A stretch of DNA of 63,110 nt, filler included, from Reticulomyxa filosa (lineage: Eukaryota > Protista > Foraminifera): assembly GCA_000512085.1 (NCBI GenBank). It is 19 parts of 19 records of this genome, joined end to end, with 100 filler letters (N's around TTAATTAATTAA, not from the genome) between each part and the next. Parts side by side here need not be neighbours in the genome. Positions count along the whole stretch, not along the records: positions 24,845 to 28,494 come from ASPP01014980.1; positions 28,595 to 35,893 come from ASPP01021528.1; positions 35,994 to 38,903 come from ASPP01021397.1; positions 39,004 to 40,603 come from ASPP01015094.1; 15 more parts are not named here. The stretch is one strand, 5' to 3'. The notes under the pieces were generated by a model. It had not been told where the DNA came from and ran no database searches. It saw nothing but the letters and a program-made list of their open reading frames with translations. A program made the position numbers and the translations under genes. Shown here piece by piece: positions 25,247 through 39,617 of the stretch. Position 1 is the stretch's first letter. The number at the start of each line of letters is the position of its first letter.

Positions 25247-27732
25247 TCAATAGACGTGTCCTTTTGGGAACTTGTGGAATGGAGACCGCTTTCTTCTAGT
25301 TTTTTGATTGGTTGGAGAATTGGCAAAAATATTGTCGTCAATAGAATGGCCACTTTTGAAGTATACCTCCAACCACCCATGTGACTCTGGACTGTTGGTC
25401 ATGATTTTAGCCAAATAAAAAGCGGATTCATTGGTCAAAGCATTATAAGACAAGTGCAGTTGTCTTAAGGTGGCGTTTTCATTGAGCCCAGCAAACAAAA
25501 TGCAGGCCATGTCATCAGTGATTTGGTTGTTTCGCAATGAAACAGTGTGTAAGCACGAGTTATTGGATTGAGTGCACAAAACGTGTGCCAAGGCAACAAT
25601 GCCATCAAGAGATTGGTGGGAAGAGACAAAGAGTGTGTCTGCACTCACATGTATCAAATCAGCGTCATTTCCAAGGCCGGCGTTGATTGAGTCAGACGTA
25701 ACCTTGTTGTCTTGATCGAGATCCATGCCATCATCTTTGCGAATCGATAATGACGAAGAGGAAGCCAATGGTTTGGACAAGCGAGCGTTGTGTTTCCGCC
25801 TTTTGGAGAGCAGCGTGGCAATTCATAGGGCGTCAAGTTGTCAAATCGAGCAGACGAAGTGACCGGAGGCAATTGAAGCAGGGACAGATTGGAGACATTT
25901 GAGCCACTTTTTTGGACTGTTGTAGGAGGAGAAGCATAGAAGGGTTGATAAAAAGAACTGGATTGAATTCGATTGGAAGTGATAGTAATAGTAGAAGTAG
26001 CAGGAGTATCAACAGCAATAGTAGCAATAGTAGCAGTAGTAGCAGTAGTAGTCGTAGTCATAGTGGTAGTAGTAGCACTAGTAGTAGAAGTAGAAGTAGA
26101 AGTAGAAGTAGAAGTAGAAGTAGTGGTGATGTCAACATTATTGGCTGTGACAACTACAGTTGGATGGGCAATGTTGCAATCGTCCAAACTTAACTTTTCC
26201 AAACGATGATTGTAATGCAAGCCTTGTGCAATGTATTTTAGTCCTTGATTGCCAATGTCTTGATTGCCACGTAGCCACAGAGACTGCAACACGTCGTTGA
26301 ATTGCAACACGTAGCCAAGGTACTGACAGCCGGTGACGCCGATGCGATTTCCGACCAACATCAGGCTTTGACGCTGCGGTTTTGAACCAACCCGGAACAC
26401 AGCAGGCGCATTTCAAAGTTGCCAATGTTGCAATACGACAAGTCAATCAGCGCAATGCAGTCGTTGCTCACCAGCACTTGGCCGATGCTTTTCAAGTCTT
26501 TGCTTTTCAGCCACTCTTTTTTATGTCGCAATTGAATCTTTCTCATCACTTCTTTTTTTTCTTTTTTTTTCGTGTTTTTGTTGCTTTCATTCGTGTCTCT
26601 CTTTTCATCTTCTTTTTTTTCATCTGCATTACCATTGTCATTGTCATTGTCATTGTCATTGTCATTGTCATTATTATTATTATCATTTTCATTTTCATTA
26701 TCATTTTCATTATCATTTTCATCGTCATTATTCTCTTTTACTTCACTTGTCGAAGCATGTGACTGTGACTGCGACTGTGACTGCGATATCGACACTGCAA
26801 TGCTTGTGTTACTGTCGTCATCGTCATCTCCATTATCATTGTCGACGTCGGCATGGCCATTGTCACCAGCCTCGTGAGTATCCTCCGTCTTCTTTTCTTC
26901 CTCTCGTCCTTGTCTATCCCCGCCTTCGTCGTTCTCTGTCTTCGTTCCTTTGCTGTCGTTTTTTTGTTCTTCCAATGGCAACACATCGTTATGGATTTTG
27001 TCTTTGTGATAGTGTTCAAACTGGTATATTCGTTGTTTGTTTGTTTGTTTGTTTGTTTGTTTGTTTTTTTGATGCATCACTACTTTTTTTTTTTTTTTTT
27101 TTTTTGAACTGCCCCCCCCCCTTCCCACATACACATACCCAATTGTCAATAACGTCGTTTTGTAAATATTGAGCTGCCACTTTTTTTTTTTCTTTTTCTT
27201 TTTCCTTTTGCGTTTGATTTGTTTGTGTGTTTTGCTGATTTGTCTTTTTCGACTTTGGCTTGGACGACTGCCGGCTTTTATTGCCATTGTCGTTCTCATT
27301 GTCATTGCTATTGGACTTGGAATTGCTGTCGCCTTTGTGTTTACTCTTGTTATTATTACTGTTGCTGCTGCCACTGCCGACATGCTTTCCTTTACCTGCT
27401 TGCGCTCTGGATGTCGGCGGTGGTGTCTTGTTCACCAACCAGTAGAATTTATTGTGAATGTATACACCCAATCCCAGAGTCGCCAATATCATCGAATGCT
27501 CCGTTCGATCCCATTTCGCATTGTAAAATGGGGATTTCAGTATACGATCAAATTTACCTGGAAACAAAAACAATAATTCACTGCTCGGTATTGTGTCGTA
27601 CCATTGCATTAGGTAGTACCATTGTCGACAAGTATACCGTGTTAAATGATACTTATCATACGGTGATACAAACTGTAATACACATACTTGAGTGTCCAAA
27701 GGAAGTGATAATAACCGAAAGGTATCGGTCAT
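25247..27732 (-). CDS. F-box + RNI-like LRR protein with low-complexity inserts (intron 27021-27138; 1-nt frameshifts at ~26368 and ~25794)
   Basis: N-terminal LLSLPLDTQVCVLQFV..TCRQW F-box; LRRs such as IDLSYCNIG, LWLRGNQDIG, LSLDDCNI, VSLRNNQIT and LHLSYNALT. Confidence 0.8.
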
Positions 27733-30700
27733 TTTCTTTTTGCTATTGTTTTTAAAAAAACTAGGAAAAAAACACTAACACAAAAAAATGTCTTTCGGCA
27801 CGGCCACTTACACGCGTGTTGTAGTATCACTACCAGAAAAATATCAAACGTTAAAGTACACTTGAATAGCAAAGCCTCTCTTCATGTTAAGAGGACAAAT
27901 AGCATTAAATACAATCGATGTTGTGTTTCTTGCACAGCAAAAGATTTTCTTGGACATTTGAAGTACTCTCTGCAATAAAAAGGCACTGAGTGTTAACTAT
28001 AAGATAAAAAGGGCTGTTAGCCAGTCTTTTCCTTGAAAAGACCAAGGACAAGTCTGAGCACGTAATCAAACAATGCAACTTCTACGTTAGATACACTGCT
28101 GCAAAGGGGGGGAGAGGAAATAAAGAAGGAGGAAAAAAAAACTCAAGAAATAAAATTTGAAAGTGGTAACGATAAGAATTAAACACAACTAGAATAAAAT
28201 TTCTCTAGCGTTTGTTGATTGTAACGTTTAAAAAATGGTAACCACTTTTTCAAAGAATTTTTCCATCCCCACTTCCCCTTTTTTTCTCGCTTTCTACTAT
28301 TTTTTATTTATTTATACGATACCCTCCTCCTGCACCTGTCACCATGGTGCAAGTCCCACAATGACTGTGGCACAGATTCCAAAGACTCCAGCAATGAGCA
28401 TCATTATCCAAGACCTGACAACAACAAAACAATGGACAACTCGAAAACGCAAAAAAAAAAAAAAAAAAAATTTTTTTTTTTTTTTTTTGCTCAANNNNNN
28501 NNNNNNNNNNNNNNNNNNNNNNNNNNNNNNNNNNNNNNTTAATTAATTAANNNNNNNNNNNNNNNNNNNNNNNNNNNNNNNNNNNNNNNNNNNNTTTTTT
28601 TTTTTTTTTTTTTTTTTTTAATTATTTTTTTTTTTTTTGGTGGGTTTATTGTGACGGGGAACTTTTTCTTTTGTTGTGAGCATTAGATGCTATTCCCTCA
28701 TGTCTTGTAGGTACAGTGAGAATTGACAGGAGTGCAATGTGTTGTGAGTTTGTGTTATTTTATTTTATATTTTAATTTTTTCTTGCCTTTTCTGCCTTTC
28801 TTTTCCTCCTCTTTCCTTTTTCTTCTTTTTTTCCCTTCCCTTTTGTTTATCCCTCGTGTCAGGTTTCTGCGTCTGAGTGATTTGTGTACGAGCCTCTCTC
28901 TTGCTAGCGCACACAAGCTAATGTAAAAAAAAAGGCAGAAGGAACAGCAAATAAGGATAACACCTGTTCGTGTTGTCAATTTTGTGTTCCAATAAATGTA
29001 ACATTGGTTTTTTGGTGATTTGATCCGCCTCATTGAAGGGAAATCGTTTGCGAATGGTATTACTGCAAGAACTTTTTTTTTACCATGGTTCTGAAACAAA
29101 CAAAAAAATGACAGAAGTGAGACGTGAATGAAATAGCAGTTTGGTGAAAAAACTCAGAGAAATCAATAGCGTTACTTGTTTTTTTTTTGTACATGCAACA
29201 AGTTAATACCAACATCGAAAAAACACCATTTTTCGCTGTGCCAAGGCTATACTGAGCTCAGTCTTGATGTTAACAATATTATGACGTCCACCAAGTAGGA
29301 AATAAAAGGAGGATTATTTGTTACTTTTTTTCTTTCTTGTTTGTTTCAATATGGAACTGAAAAATCTTTTTCCCATTGCACAATGGTTTTTTGGTGGGGG
29401 GATATTGGGAAAACACTTTTTTTAATTTTTAATTGGGCATTTTTGATCAAATGTTGTTTTTTTTCACATTTTTCTAAAATCGCTTATTCAAATGAATCAT
29501 ATTAGTATTGGTGAAAATCCCATTGTGTTTATTCTTATTGTTAGCAAAGATGTAAGAGTAAGTCAATGATAAAATCAAAAATAAAAAACAGATTTATGTG
29601 AAAGATATTTGAGCAGTGAATAATAGTGTGAATATAATATAGAGAAAAGTAGAAGTCTAATTATTTTAGTTCAAAAGCTTAATTTAAGATCAACTAACAC
29701 TTGTCGAACGCTTATTTATTTTTTGGTAATCATTTGCAGCGTGACCTCGTAACGCACACGTTCCAATCTTGTTTATTTGATGTAGAAATCTTAACATAAG
29801 TATTATAATTTGTGCTTTTGATTTTTAATTTATATTATTTTCTGTTCAATACAATGCCGATGTCATAACGCAGTCATCCTTTCGTTAGTCATATAGGGGA
29901 AGCCAATAACGTAGATAGACTAACTCTAAATGTCATGAGGAGTCACCAGTAGGTTAAACTCATTCAAAACTCTTTTCACTTCTTTGTTGCTTTCTTTCAT
30001 TTTTTTATTGTTAATTATTCTTTATTTAAATCATTTTTGTTTTATTGTAGACTGTTATCAAAAAAAGTATATGTCGTATTACACTTACAGTTTATGTGCA
30101 TGACTGTTTTGATATCATAAAAATAAATGACACATTAAGTATAATGCTAACTCAATACAATCTGGAAAAAACGTATTATACATTACATTTTGTGAACGCG
30201 AACTAATAACACAACAGTATAAAATATAACTAGCAAAAGATATTTCAACTGATAACAAGCAAAACTTCATCTGAGTCGTGAAAAGTTAGTCTATCTATTC
30301 CTAACAAGAGCAGACAGATAAAGATTTATAGTTTGTTGCCAAAAGAAAAACATTGCAAATGCGAAAATAAAAAAAATTGAACTACGCTACCCCTTTAACA
30401 CAACGTTTTAGTTGAGTTGACAATATAAATCAATTATCATAAGTTCATAGGATGAATAAATAAAGAGATATTTTCATAAAAAGCAAAAATAAATTATGAT
30501 GTGTTGAAAGGTTTCTTGAAAAAGGTCTAATTCCTTTTTTTTTTATGTAGCGTCATTCGTTTTATTCCTTGTTTTTAGCGTATGAAAAGAATTTTTTCAT
30601 TGCCAGACTGCCAAACAAGTAGCATGCATAAAAGAATTTGAAAATTGTTAAATGCGACTAATAAGATGATGAAAAATTGATTAATTATATTAATCATTGA

Positions 30701-32256
30701 AATGTCATATAATAATAAAACTATTGCTTTTGTTCTTCATTAAAAAAAATATAAACTTGTTTATTAGTGTAACAAAGGAGTTTCTGGATTACAAAAGAAC
30801 AAACTGAGAAAAATGGACAACAAATAATATAATGTCATTTTATTTCATAATTGATAAATGTAAGTACAGTATCAAAAGTATAAATTCTACTAGTAATCAT
30901 TAAAAAAATATACTATCAATGATACAATAATTTTAAAATGATCAAATTTTGTTGTTGGAAAAATAATTTAATGAAATAAGAAATATTATGAAATACAATG
31001 AACTGTTTATATCATGTGTGTATAATCATAATCATTTTTCCAGAACTTGTTGAAATTAAATGTGTACTTTGATACTCATTCACATACCTACAAAATCAAA
31101 TAAAAAACTAAACAAAGGAAGAAAAGAATGTATTTATTATATTTGTTTTCTTCTCAGTTTTTAAAAGGTAAGTTTATTATCTTTTCTTAGTTTTGAAAAC
31201 GTTCGTTTATGAATATTTCATCAGATATTGATATTTTCAATTATGTGAAATGAATTAAAGAAAAAGATTATACAAAGTTTTATTGCAAATACAAATATTA
31301 AAACAAATGATATGTTTGATCATCATATTTGGATATCAATTTACAAAATGGAAAATCAATGCTCTCTATAGTAACGAATAACTAAGAAAAAATATTTGGA
31401 ATCAAGAATTTGTTCTATTATATTCTCTTTTTGTCCCTTTTGGATATCATGATTTAATGGCAAATATTAATATCTCATCCAATTCCAAAGTTGTTAGTGT
31501 GTAAATTACAATTCCATCATATTGTCACTGAAATTTATCATTGTATCAGACAAAAAGATATATATTGACACAGAAAAGTTTCTTTTTCATTGTATGATTA
31601 TATCTTCCAACAACATTATAAATTCTTATATTTTCATTGAATTGACATCAAAGATAATACAGTTTTTGTTGCGAAAGTAAGAACATGTAACAAATAGTTT
31701 TTCTTTTACTTGTTAAACAAAGAATCTATTTTTGTCTAAGTATATTTAAGATATTCATATTATTTTCATTTATATACATTTCTGGTAGTTTAAAAAAAAT
31801 AATAACAAAAGTTTTTAACCTTTTTCAACTTGTTTTCTACAAACCACTTCTTTAGCAGTCACGAAATTAAAAAATTATTTTCACAGTCTTTGAAAACAAG
31901 AAACTTGACAGTTGATGACAGATAAAAAAATAAAAAAATGGAATCACCCCCTTTTTGAGCACATTTTTCGTTGTCTGATTTGGTCGTCATATTTTTCGAT
32001 AAAATTGTAATTTTTAAATTTTTTACTTGATGTTAAATGTCACTTTGTTGAATAATCTTATTGTTTTCTTTTTTTTTCAGAATATTTTTGACAGGGCACA
32101 ACATTTGTTGGTTCAGTTTTTGTGCACGAGTTATTTTAAATTGATTACTGAATATACGTAAATAACATAAGGAGAGAACAGTATTAATTACTAAAAAAAC
32201 TGAATCCATTTTGTCTTTTTGGCAAACATCATCACTTTTCTTTGTTTTGAAAAAGA

Positions 32257-33348
32257 ATGGAATGGCAAGGTTACGCCTCAATTGCGCTAGTAGCTGTGCA
32301 AGTAGGAGTCCAGCCATTGTTAACTATCCAGTACCTCAGTGTGTACGCCAACAAAACAGTGGTTGTGATAATTCAAGAACTCGTAAAAATAGTCGGCGGT
32401 ATTATAACATTGACGTTAGCAAATCAGTGGAATGAAATAGCCAAGATTTGGAATTTTCGAGAAAGCCTTGAGTTGGCATTTTTTCCATCGCTAATCTATT
32501 CAATCCAAAACGTGTTGGCATTTGTTGCATACGATCACTTGGATCCATTAACATTTAATTTGATAAACCAAACAAAAATAATATCGGCAGCCGTATTTTT
32601 GTATCTCCTCTTAAAACGCAAGCAGACTCAAAGACAACTGTTGTCGTTGGTCATAGTATTTTTTGTTGCAGTTATGTTGTCCATCGACACAGAAGCGCAT
32701 AAAGGTCAAAGCAAAACGTCACAACAAACCAATTCTAGCACCGGTTCAACATTCAAAAAAAATGAAGAGTTTGGATTATCTGCAGTGCTAGCAGCATCAC
32801 TCTTTTCTGGTTTGGCTGGCACGTTGGTGCAAAAAGCATTGCAACAGTCTGCATCCACTAATAATTCAGGACGTAACAGTCTTTTTTATACCATTGAAAT
32901 GGGATTCTATGGCATTGTCTTAATGGTTCTGCGCTTGTGTTTTGAAATGTACTTGCATATTTTGGATGGAAAAAAGATCATCGAAAAAGGTGTTTTCCAT
33001 GACCTAAATTGGACTTGTCTTGTTCCAATCACTTCCAACGCTGTTGGTGGGATTGGTGTTGGGATGCTGACTAAATATGCTGGTTAATTTTTATATTGGT
33101 TCCATAACCCCCTTTTTTTTTTTTTTTTTTTGTAAAAAAAAAAATTACTTTGGTTTGTTTGGATAGGTGTAATAAACAAGAGCTATGCAATGATCCTTGG
33201 TATTATGATCACAGGAATCTTGCGGTGTTTGTTTTGGGAGGAACCGATGACAGTTGCCATGATTGCTGGGGTCCCAATGGTAATGTTGTCAATTTATTTA
33301 AATATTCAAGGCTCAGCTGAAACAAAGAGCAAAGAAAAAACATCTTAA
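32257..33348 (+). CDS. SLC35A-type nucleotide-sugar (UDP-Gal/CMP-Sia family) transporter (one 3' intron)
   Basis: ELVK, PSLIYSIQNVL, FNLINQTKIISAAVF, SGLAG, GGIGVGMLTKYAG|GVINKSY; multiple TM helices. Confidence 0.88.
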
Positions 33349-33548
33349 CTTGTCAGATATATAATATTTAAAAAGCAATCGATTAAGTTTATTTTATATT
33401 TTATTTTTGAAAATATGTCGAAATAAGTGGATAATTCATTTTAGATTAAAGCATTTAAACCAAAAAAAAATCATGTAGAACCTTTTTAAGATAAGCAACA
33501 AAAGAGTGCCTCCTTTTCTTGGTCTCTTCAAGTTAAAACACTTTGAAA

Positions 33549-34915
33549 TCACTCGTGTTTGGATTTTTTGTTTGTTTTCGGTTTATCCTTTTTCTCTGAT
33601 TTCATTTCGTCCAGTTTGAAATATTTTTTTATTATTTCCTATTCAAAACGGAAACGATTTCACATATTTTTTCGAATCTCTTCGAAAAGGAATATCTCAA
33701 AGAACAACATACCTGAGTTAATGAAATTTTTGTGACTTTGCCACTCTCTTCAATCGGAGGTAAACGCGCCACTTCTTTTCCGTTTTGGATGAGCAACAGT
33801 GTTGGTAATTGTTTGGTCGTAGGCTTTAAGCTAATGTTGAATCTATTTGCAATGGCCGCAAATTTGCCAACATCAATTCGACCAAACTTCAGTTTGTCCG
33901 TCGCGTATCTATGGAATTAGTTTGAGCAACAAAAATCAACTTGAAATCCTCCTTTCTATCCCTCTCAAAAGAGAGGGAGTGAAACAACAAATGGCTTAAC
34001 TCCAACGACAGCTGTCCCCAAACGGGGGAAAAATGCAAACTATCATATGCCCAAACAGCATAGCACAAAACCTAAATGCATGTCAAAAAGCGTAATTCAA
34101 CTGTTTCACTTATCAAAAGAAAAAGCACATAGACATGCGAAAAGGAAATACGCACCAGCCAATATTTGTCACTGGAATCATTGATAATCTTTGTGATGAA
34201 CTGTTCGTGATCCAATGTTATGATTGGGGTTGCTTCACTGTATTGAGGTTGATGAATAAATAAAGCCATTGCTGTGTGTCAGTTATGTGATATCCATCAT
34301 ATGCCACGGGATTGAACTACATAAAAAAGGGTTGTTTTTTTTTTTCCTAAAAAAAAAAAAAAATTCCGTGAAAAAAAAATGCAACTTCAAAAATTGGTTT
34401 TGCCCTTTTTTCATGACAAATGGAGAGAACTGAGAGCGCCAAAACAAAAAAGTGGGGGCAAATACAACACACAGTAGCACCTAAAAAAACAAAAGTGTAA
34501 AAAATAGCGAGCCATCCACTAATAATAAAAGACACAACGACAATAGCGAATTTAATGTACGTAAAAAACGTTGCCAAAACAGTGTCCCAAGTCGCCATTC
34601 GACGAGATCGAATGAGCAGAATTACTACTGCAGAACCCAACACTTGCCATTCCTCAACATTTTCAATATTACCACAGACAAACACAAAAGCTTTAGTCAC
34701 AAAGTCACCACAAATCGGTGCTCTCTCAATGCATTTCGTTCAATTATGCAAGGCTCAACTCTGGAGAGTCCAAACGACAACGGGTCGCTCACTTGAAGAT
34801 CCGTCAAGTCAAAATATTCTCTTGTCCATGCATATGACGCTATTACCAAAATGTTGAGAAAATAATAGTGATGACAAAATCGGCTGTTTATAAATTCCTT
34901 AAAAAAATCGATCAT
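33549..34915 (-). CDS. TMX2: Thioredoxin-related transmembrane protein 2-like (multi-exon)
   Basis: HYYFLNIL, TFFTYIKFA, QPQYS, KYWLV, LKFGRIDVGKF, KQLPTLLLIQNGKEVARLP. Confidence 0.75.
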
Positions 34916-35188
34916 ATCTTTTGAAAATAGTTTTGTACCCCGCTTCAAACCAAAGGCCAAGCTGCACAGCTTTTAAGTTCAAGACATGATACAAAATATT
35001 TTTTCAAAATATCGGTTAGTGTAGAAGAAGACCTAGAAAATTGATTTTTTAGACATGCTTGTCCGTTTCAATAGCCTTCTTCAAAAAAAGGTATCCACAA
35101 CACGATATTTCGTTTGGACGTGGGCCTGAACCAGTGCTTGGAATTGTAATAAAAAAACCTCGAATTTTGAGATCAACATTCTTTTGGA

Positions 35189-35893
35189 ATGAGTGATATT
35201 GACGATAGTTCATCGTTGAATTCTTCTTGCATTAAGCACATTTTAGGACATTTTTTGCTGGGAGAAGGAGAAAATGAAGAAAGATGTTATGATGTAGAAA
35301 TGACAACAGGTTCTGTCGAATGGATGGCACGTTCCGAAATAGTTCGTGGTAGCGCGGAAAATCGACGCAAAATGAAGGAGTATGAAGAATTACATTGGGA
35401 CACATTAGATGACGCGAACACCGAGCGAAGGTTTGTGATCGAAAAGATACTAGATCGCAGATGGGATGACAAAACAAAATCGTTTGAGTACAACATACAA
35501 TGGACCGGTTACAAAGAACCGACATGGGAGCCTGAGATCAGTTTAAGATGTTGTGAAGAATTAAAGGAAAAATTTGAACCGACTGAATCTGTGGATGATA
35601 TTTCATCGAACGACGACATGGATATTGATGAAACGGATGTCGAAGAAACAAAGATAAGCAACGAAAGTAACGGAGTTAACGAAAGTAACGAAGTTAATGA
35701 AAGTAATGAAGTTAACGAACGTAACGAAAGTAACGAAAGTAACGAAAGTAACGAAGAGCCTTGTACAGTCCCAAATAGCTTGGAAACTGCAGATAGCAGT
35801 CCAGCTGCACGAGTTGTAATCGAGATATCCGACAGTGATGACGAATCTCAACATTCGTCGACGCCAACCACATTTGATCGAAAAAAAAAAAAA
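35189..35893 (+). CDS. Chromodomain protein with (E-S-N)n repeat (3' partial)
   Basis: FVIEKILDRR..EYNIQWTGYKEPTWEPEISL is a canonical chromodomain; 9-bp GAAAGTAAC-type repeats at ~35660-35755. Confidence 0.8.
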
Positions 35894-35993
35894 NNNNNNN
35901 NNNNNNNNNNNNNNNNNNNNNNNNNNNNNNNNNNNNNTTAATTAATTAANNNNNNNNNNNNNNNNNNNNNNNNNNNNNNNNNNNNNNNNNNNN

Positions 35994-36565
35994 TTATTAT
36001 TATTATTATTATTACTGTTGCTATTGTTAGACTGTAGCGTGGTGGCAGAGACCCCAGATCCTATCGATGTGATCATTGGATACGAAGGGGCTCGTTCGAG
36101 TCGTGGAATGTGCGAGGTGTGCAGAGATAATGGAAAAGAAGAGACATTGCCGCCATTGACAGGCGCGTTTTTGGACGGAGAAACGACCAGAAATGCGCTG
36201 CTTGTGCTTGTCCCACTTGTCGCTATTTTCGTTGGCACGCTCGAAATTGGGTAGTATGCCGAAGGGGACGATGCTTGCTTCTTCATTTCGGAGGCTTTTG
36301 GCTCGCTGCTATTCGTTGCTATCTTCGCCAGTTGTGCTGCAAAGTGCACTGGCTGCGGGGAACTCGGTTTCATTCCGTTCGATGCTACTGCTCTTGTTTG
36401 TGATTGAAACTGGACTTGTGATTGCGATTGGAGTTGGGGTTGAGACTGAGGCTGAGGCTGAGATTGCCTTTGGTCATGCACGTTAGAAAATGTTGATCGA
36501 TGATCCTGGCTCACAGAGAGCCCTGCCGAGAGAGTGGAAGAAATTGTGTTTGAATATGCCGACAT
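35994..36565 (-). CDS. Ser/Gln/Pro-rich hypothetical protein (partial)
   Basis: Open frame of ~190 codons with higher GC than its flanks; no recognisable domain. Confidence 0.45.
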
Positions 36566-37825
36566 ACTTTTTAAATAAAAATTTGAATAAAGATCAAGTG
36601 CGAATTATTGTTATTTTCAATGCTCACTACATCAATACTTTCGATCTCATTGCAGTTTTTTTGTTCATACCCTTTTCTCTCTGTTCCCTCCATCTTTTTC
36701 CTCTTGGCCGAAACCACTTTATCTGGACAGATTATCCAATTACGCTATCTTACCAGAATTATTATTTTTTTCTTAGAATTCGGAGCTAATACGTATTCAT
36801 ACTTTTTATGTGTTATAAATATATTTTTTGCAAAAAGTAAGAAGATTTTATTCATGTAACATGAATTTAAAAATGTAAAATTTGTTATTTGTAGGATTTT
36901 TTGTAAAAAAAAGCTTGAAAAGAAATTAAATTAAATTAAATTTTGATATTTACTGCTTGAAGCATATTGTTTTAGGTGATGCTTAAACTATAAACTAAAT
37001 CTCTTTATGCAAAAGACTGAAGTAGTATATTAACGTTATAGTTATTGCCACATCGAATAAATGTCTTTATTAATCAGCACAACAAAAAAAAAACATAAAC
37101 AATAAATAAATGTTAATTTTTAATTGCACTTTTATTTACCGCAAAAACGCAACATCTATGTTTTTTGATATTTCAAAAAATGTCAAAATTTTCATTTATA
37201 CTAATTTACATTTATGTTATTTTCTTCTTAAAAAAAAAAATTCAGTGCAAATGTAACATCATTTTCATCAACCGCCTCAAGTTTCGTCACGTAAAAACAA
37301 ACAAAAAGAAAAAATCGTTACATACCATTTGAAGAAGGTCCGTCATTTTTAGCAAAAAAGGTAGGTCGTTTTGGTGAAAGAAAGAGTAAAAAATGTTTTT
37401 CACTTTTTATAAACTTTTTGAATATAGTCCTTTTTTTTTTAGTTGTTATGCGTTCAGTACAACTCCAATTATTATTTTTTTTTAAAAAAGTTGAACCTTA
37501 ACTATTAGTCATTTCTTCTACTTCTTTAATATTGAATAACTAATGGAGTTTTATTTGTTCCAACAATCTCAAATTTGCACCATTCTTTAAACAAAATACT
37601 ATCCCGTTCCTTAAAAACAAATAAAATTTGTTGTTAAAATTTGGATATTTTATTTTAAATTTATCTTTCAATTTGATATATTCCTTTTTTTTTTCTCAGT
37701 ATCTACTCATTACATCATGATATAGTTCGAAAGGAGGAGTAAGTATTGATTTTCCAAAGGGTGCTTGAAGTGACGATAATTTATATATATAGACACTTCA
37801 TTCACAAAATTGTGAATAAAGAGTT

Positions 37826-38870
37826 ATGTCCACAAGCGGAACCCTAACGAGGAAGCTATCTCGTGATAATATTGAGCATATTGACGTAAGCAAAGTGAAT
37901 AGTGTTAATTCTCGTGGGCGAAGCCTTCAAAAAAGTAGTAGCGCCTCAAATCTTTCTCGAAAGCCACCAACCCCAGTCAATCCATCAGGACTTAGCAAAA
38001 CAAATGGGAGTAAGTCAGTGATGAAGCCTTCGCCGTCTCCGAAGAGACAGTTTGACATAGTAGTGGAGAGCGGGTCCAAAATGATGCCGTTTGTTGGAGA
38101 CATAGTTAAAAATGAGGCCACTAATCAATGTGAGGAAGTACATTATGAACAACCAATTGGCACAACAAAAAAAAAAAAATATAAAAAAAAAAAATAAAAA
38201 ATAAAAAGGTTCGATTGAAAAGCAAAATTGAGGGTCGAGTGACACACATTGGACCAAAGCAAATGTACAAAGGTGATTGGATTCGGTTGGATGTGACGAA
38301 GTTCGTGCAAGCAGAGGAAGCGAAGCAAGTGAATCCCCCAGAAAGCATGTGGTCACCCGTATCAACAATAGAAAAAGTGATTCAATGTAATCTAACAAAA
38401 ATAAATGTACAAAAAAAATGTATACGTTTTTAATATGGAAGCATTACATATATACATAATATGTGTATGTATATACATGTACATACACATATATGTATAT
38501 AAGAAACAAAGCAAATAAAAACAAACAAACATTAGCTCTTGGAAAGTATAGATTCACAGTCGGAGAGCGAGTTTGTGATTCAAGAAAAAAAAATCTGCGA
38601 GGAATTATTCGATATTTTGGTCCAGTCCATTTTGACACAGTTTTTATTGTTGTTGTTGTTTCTTCCTCCTTCTCCTTAAAAAAAAAAAAAAAAAAAGGTG
38701 TATGTTTATCGAATATCAGTTATTTTTATTTTGTAAAAGGGCGTGTGGTACGGATTGGAACTGGATGAAAAGAACGGAACAAACAATGGGACAGTGAATG
38801 ATCGATTTTATTTTGAATGTCCTTCCGATTATGGTATATTCATTTTGACAAAAAGAACCGGTTAAAAAAA
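37826..38870 (+). CDS. CAP-Gly domain protein (multi-exon, 3' partial)
   Basis: VGERVC..RGIIRYFGPVHFD|..WYGLELDEKNGTNNGTVNDRFYFECPSDYGIF. Confidence 0.8.
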
Positions 38871-39207
38871 AAGAAAAAGGGAACGCAGTAATATGCATTC
38901 CACNNNNNNNNNNNNNNNNNNNNNNNNNNNNNNNNNNNNNNNNNNNNTTAATTAATTAANNNNNNNNNNNNNNNNNNNNNNNNNNNNNNNNNNNNNNNNN
39001 NNNGTCTCTTCATCGACGAGGTCGACGCGCGGGAGTGGCTTGCTTGCGAGGGCCCGGCTCCCGGCCTTCCCAAGGAGCCTTTTCCGCTCCCATACACGGC
39101 CGCGGTGAACGATAGCCGCCTTGGGTGCTGAGGCGGCCGGGTGACCGCTGGCAGGGCCCGACAGCACTCCAGCGATCATCCTCACCCTTCTATCGGGAGG
39201 GAAACAA

Positions 39208-39465
39208 ATGTCTGATGCAGAAGCGCGTCGTCTCCTCCATTCACGCCACTTCTGCGCCGACCGCCTCGTCGAAGTGAAGGACGAGCTGGGCCGCATTCAA
39301 GCCGAAGACCTCGAGCTGAAGTCCAAACTGGACGGTGTCGAGGAAACGGAGGCCGGCCAGATGCGGCGGCGCAGAAGGCACCTGAGTCGTCGGCTCAATG
39401 AACTGAAAGCCGAACGTGCTGCGCTGGCAGCCGAGCTGCAGGAATCGACCGACAAACTGAGATGA
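39208..39465 (+). CDS. Bacterial coiled-coil hypothetical protein
   Basis: GGGAGGG upstream of the ATG; 85 aa with heptad pattern. Confidence 0.6.
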   Translation: MSDAEARRLLHSRHFCADRLVEVKDELGRIQAEDLELKSKLDGVEETEAGQMRRRRRHLSRRLNELKAERAALAAELQESTDKLR

Positions 39466-39617
39466 TTTACCAAGGCTAGCTCTTCGGCTTCACGCCGGCA
39501 TCGGAGACAGTCGGATTGGGCAGTCCCGCTAAAGCGATTGCATTCCTTGGTCACACGACGGCGATTCGGGCTCTCCCTCACATCGAGCTTGCGGGCAACC
39601 TGGCTCTGACCGAGGCG

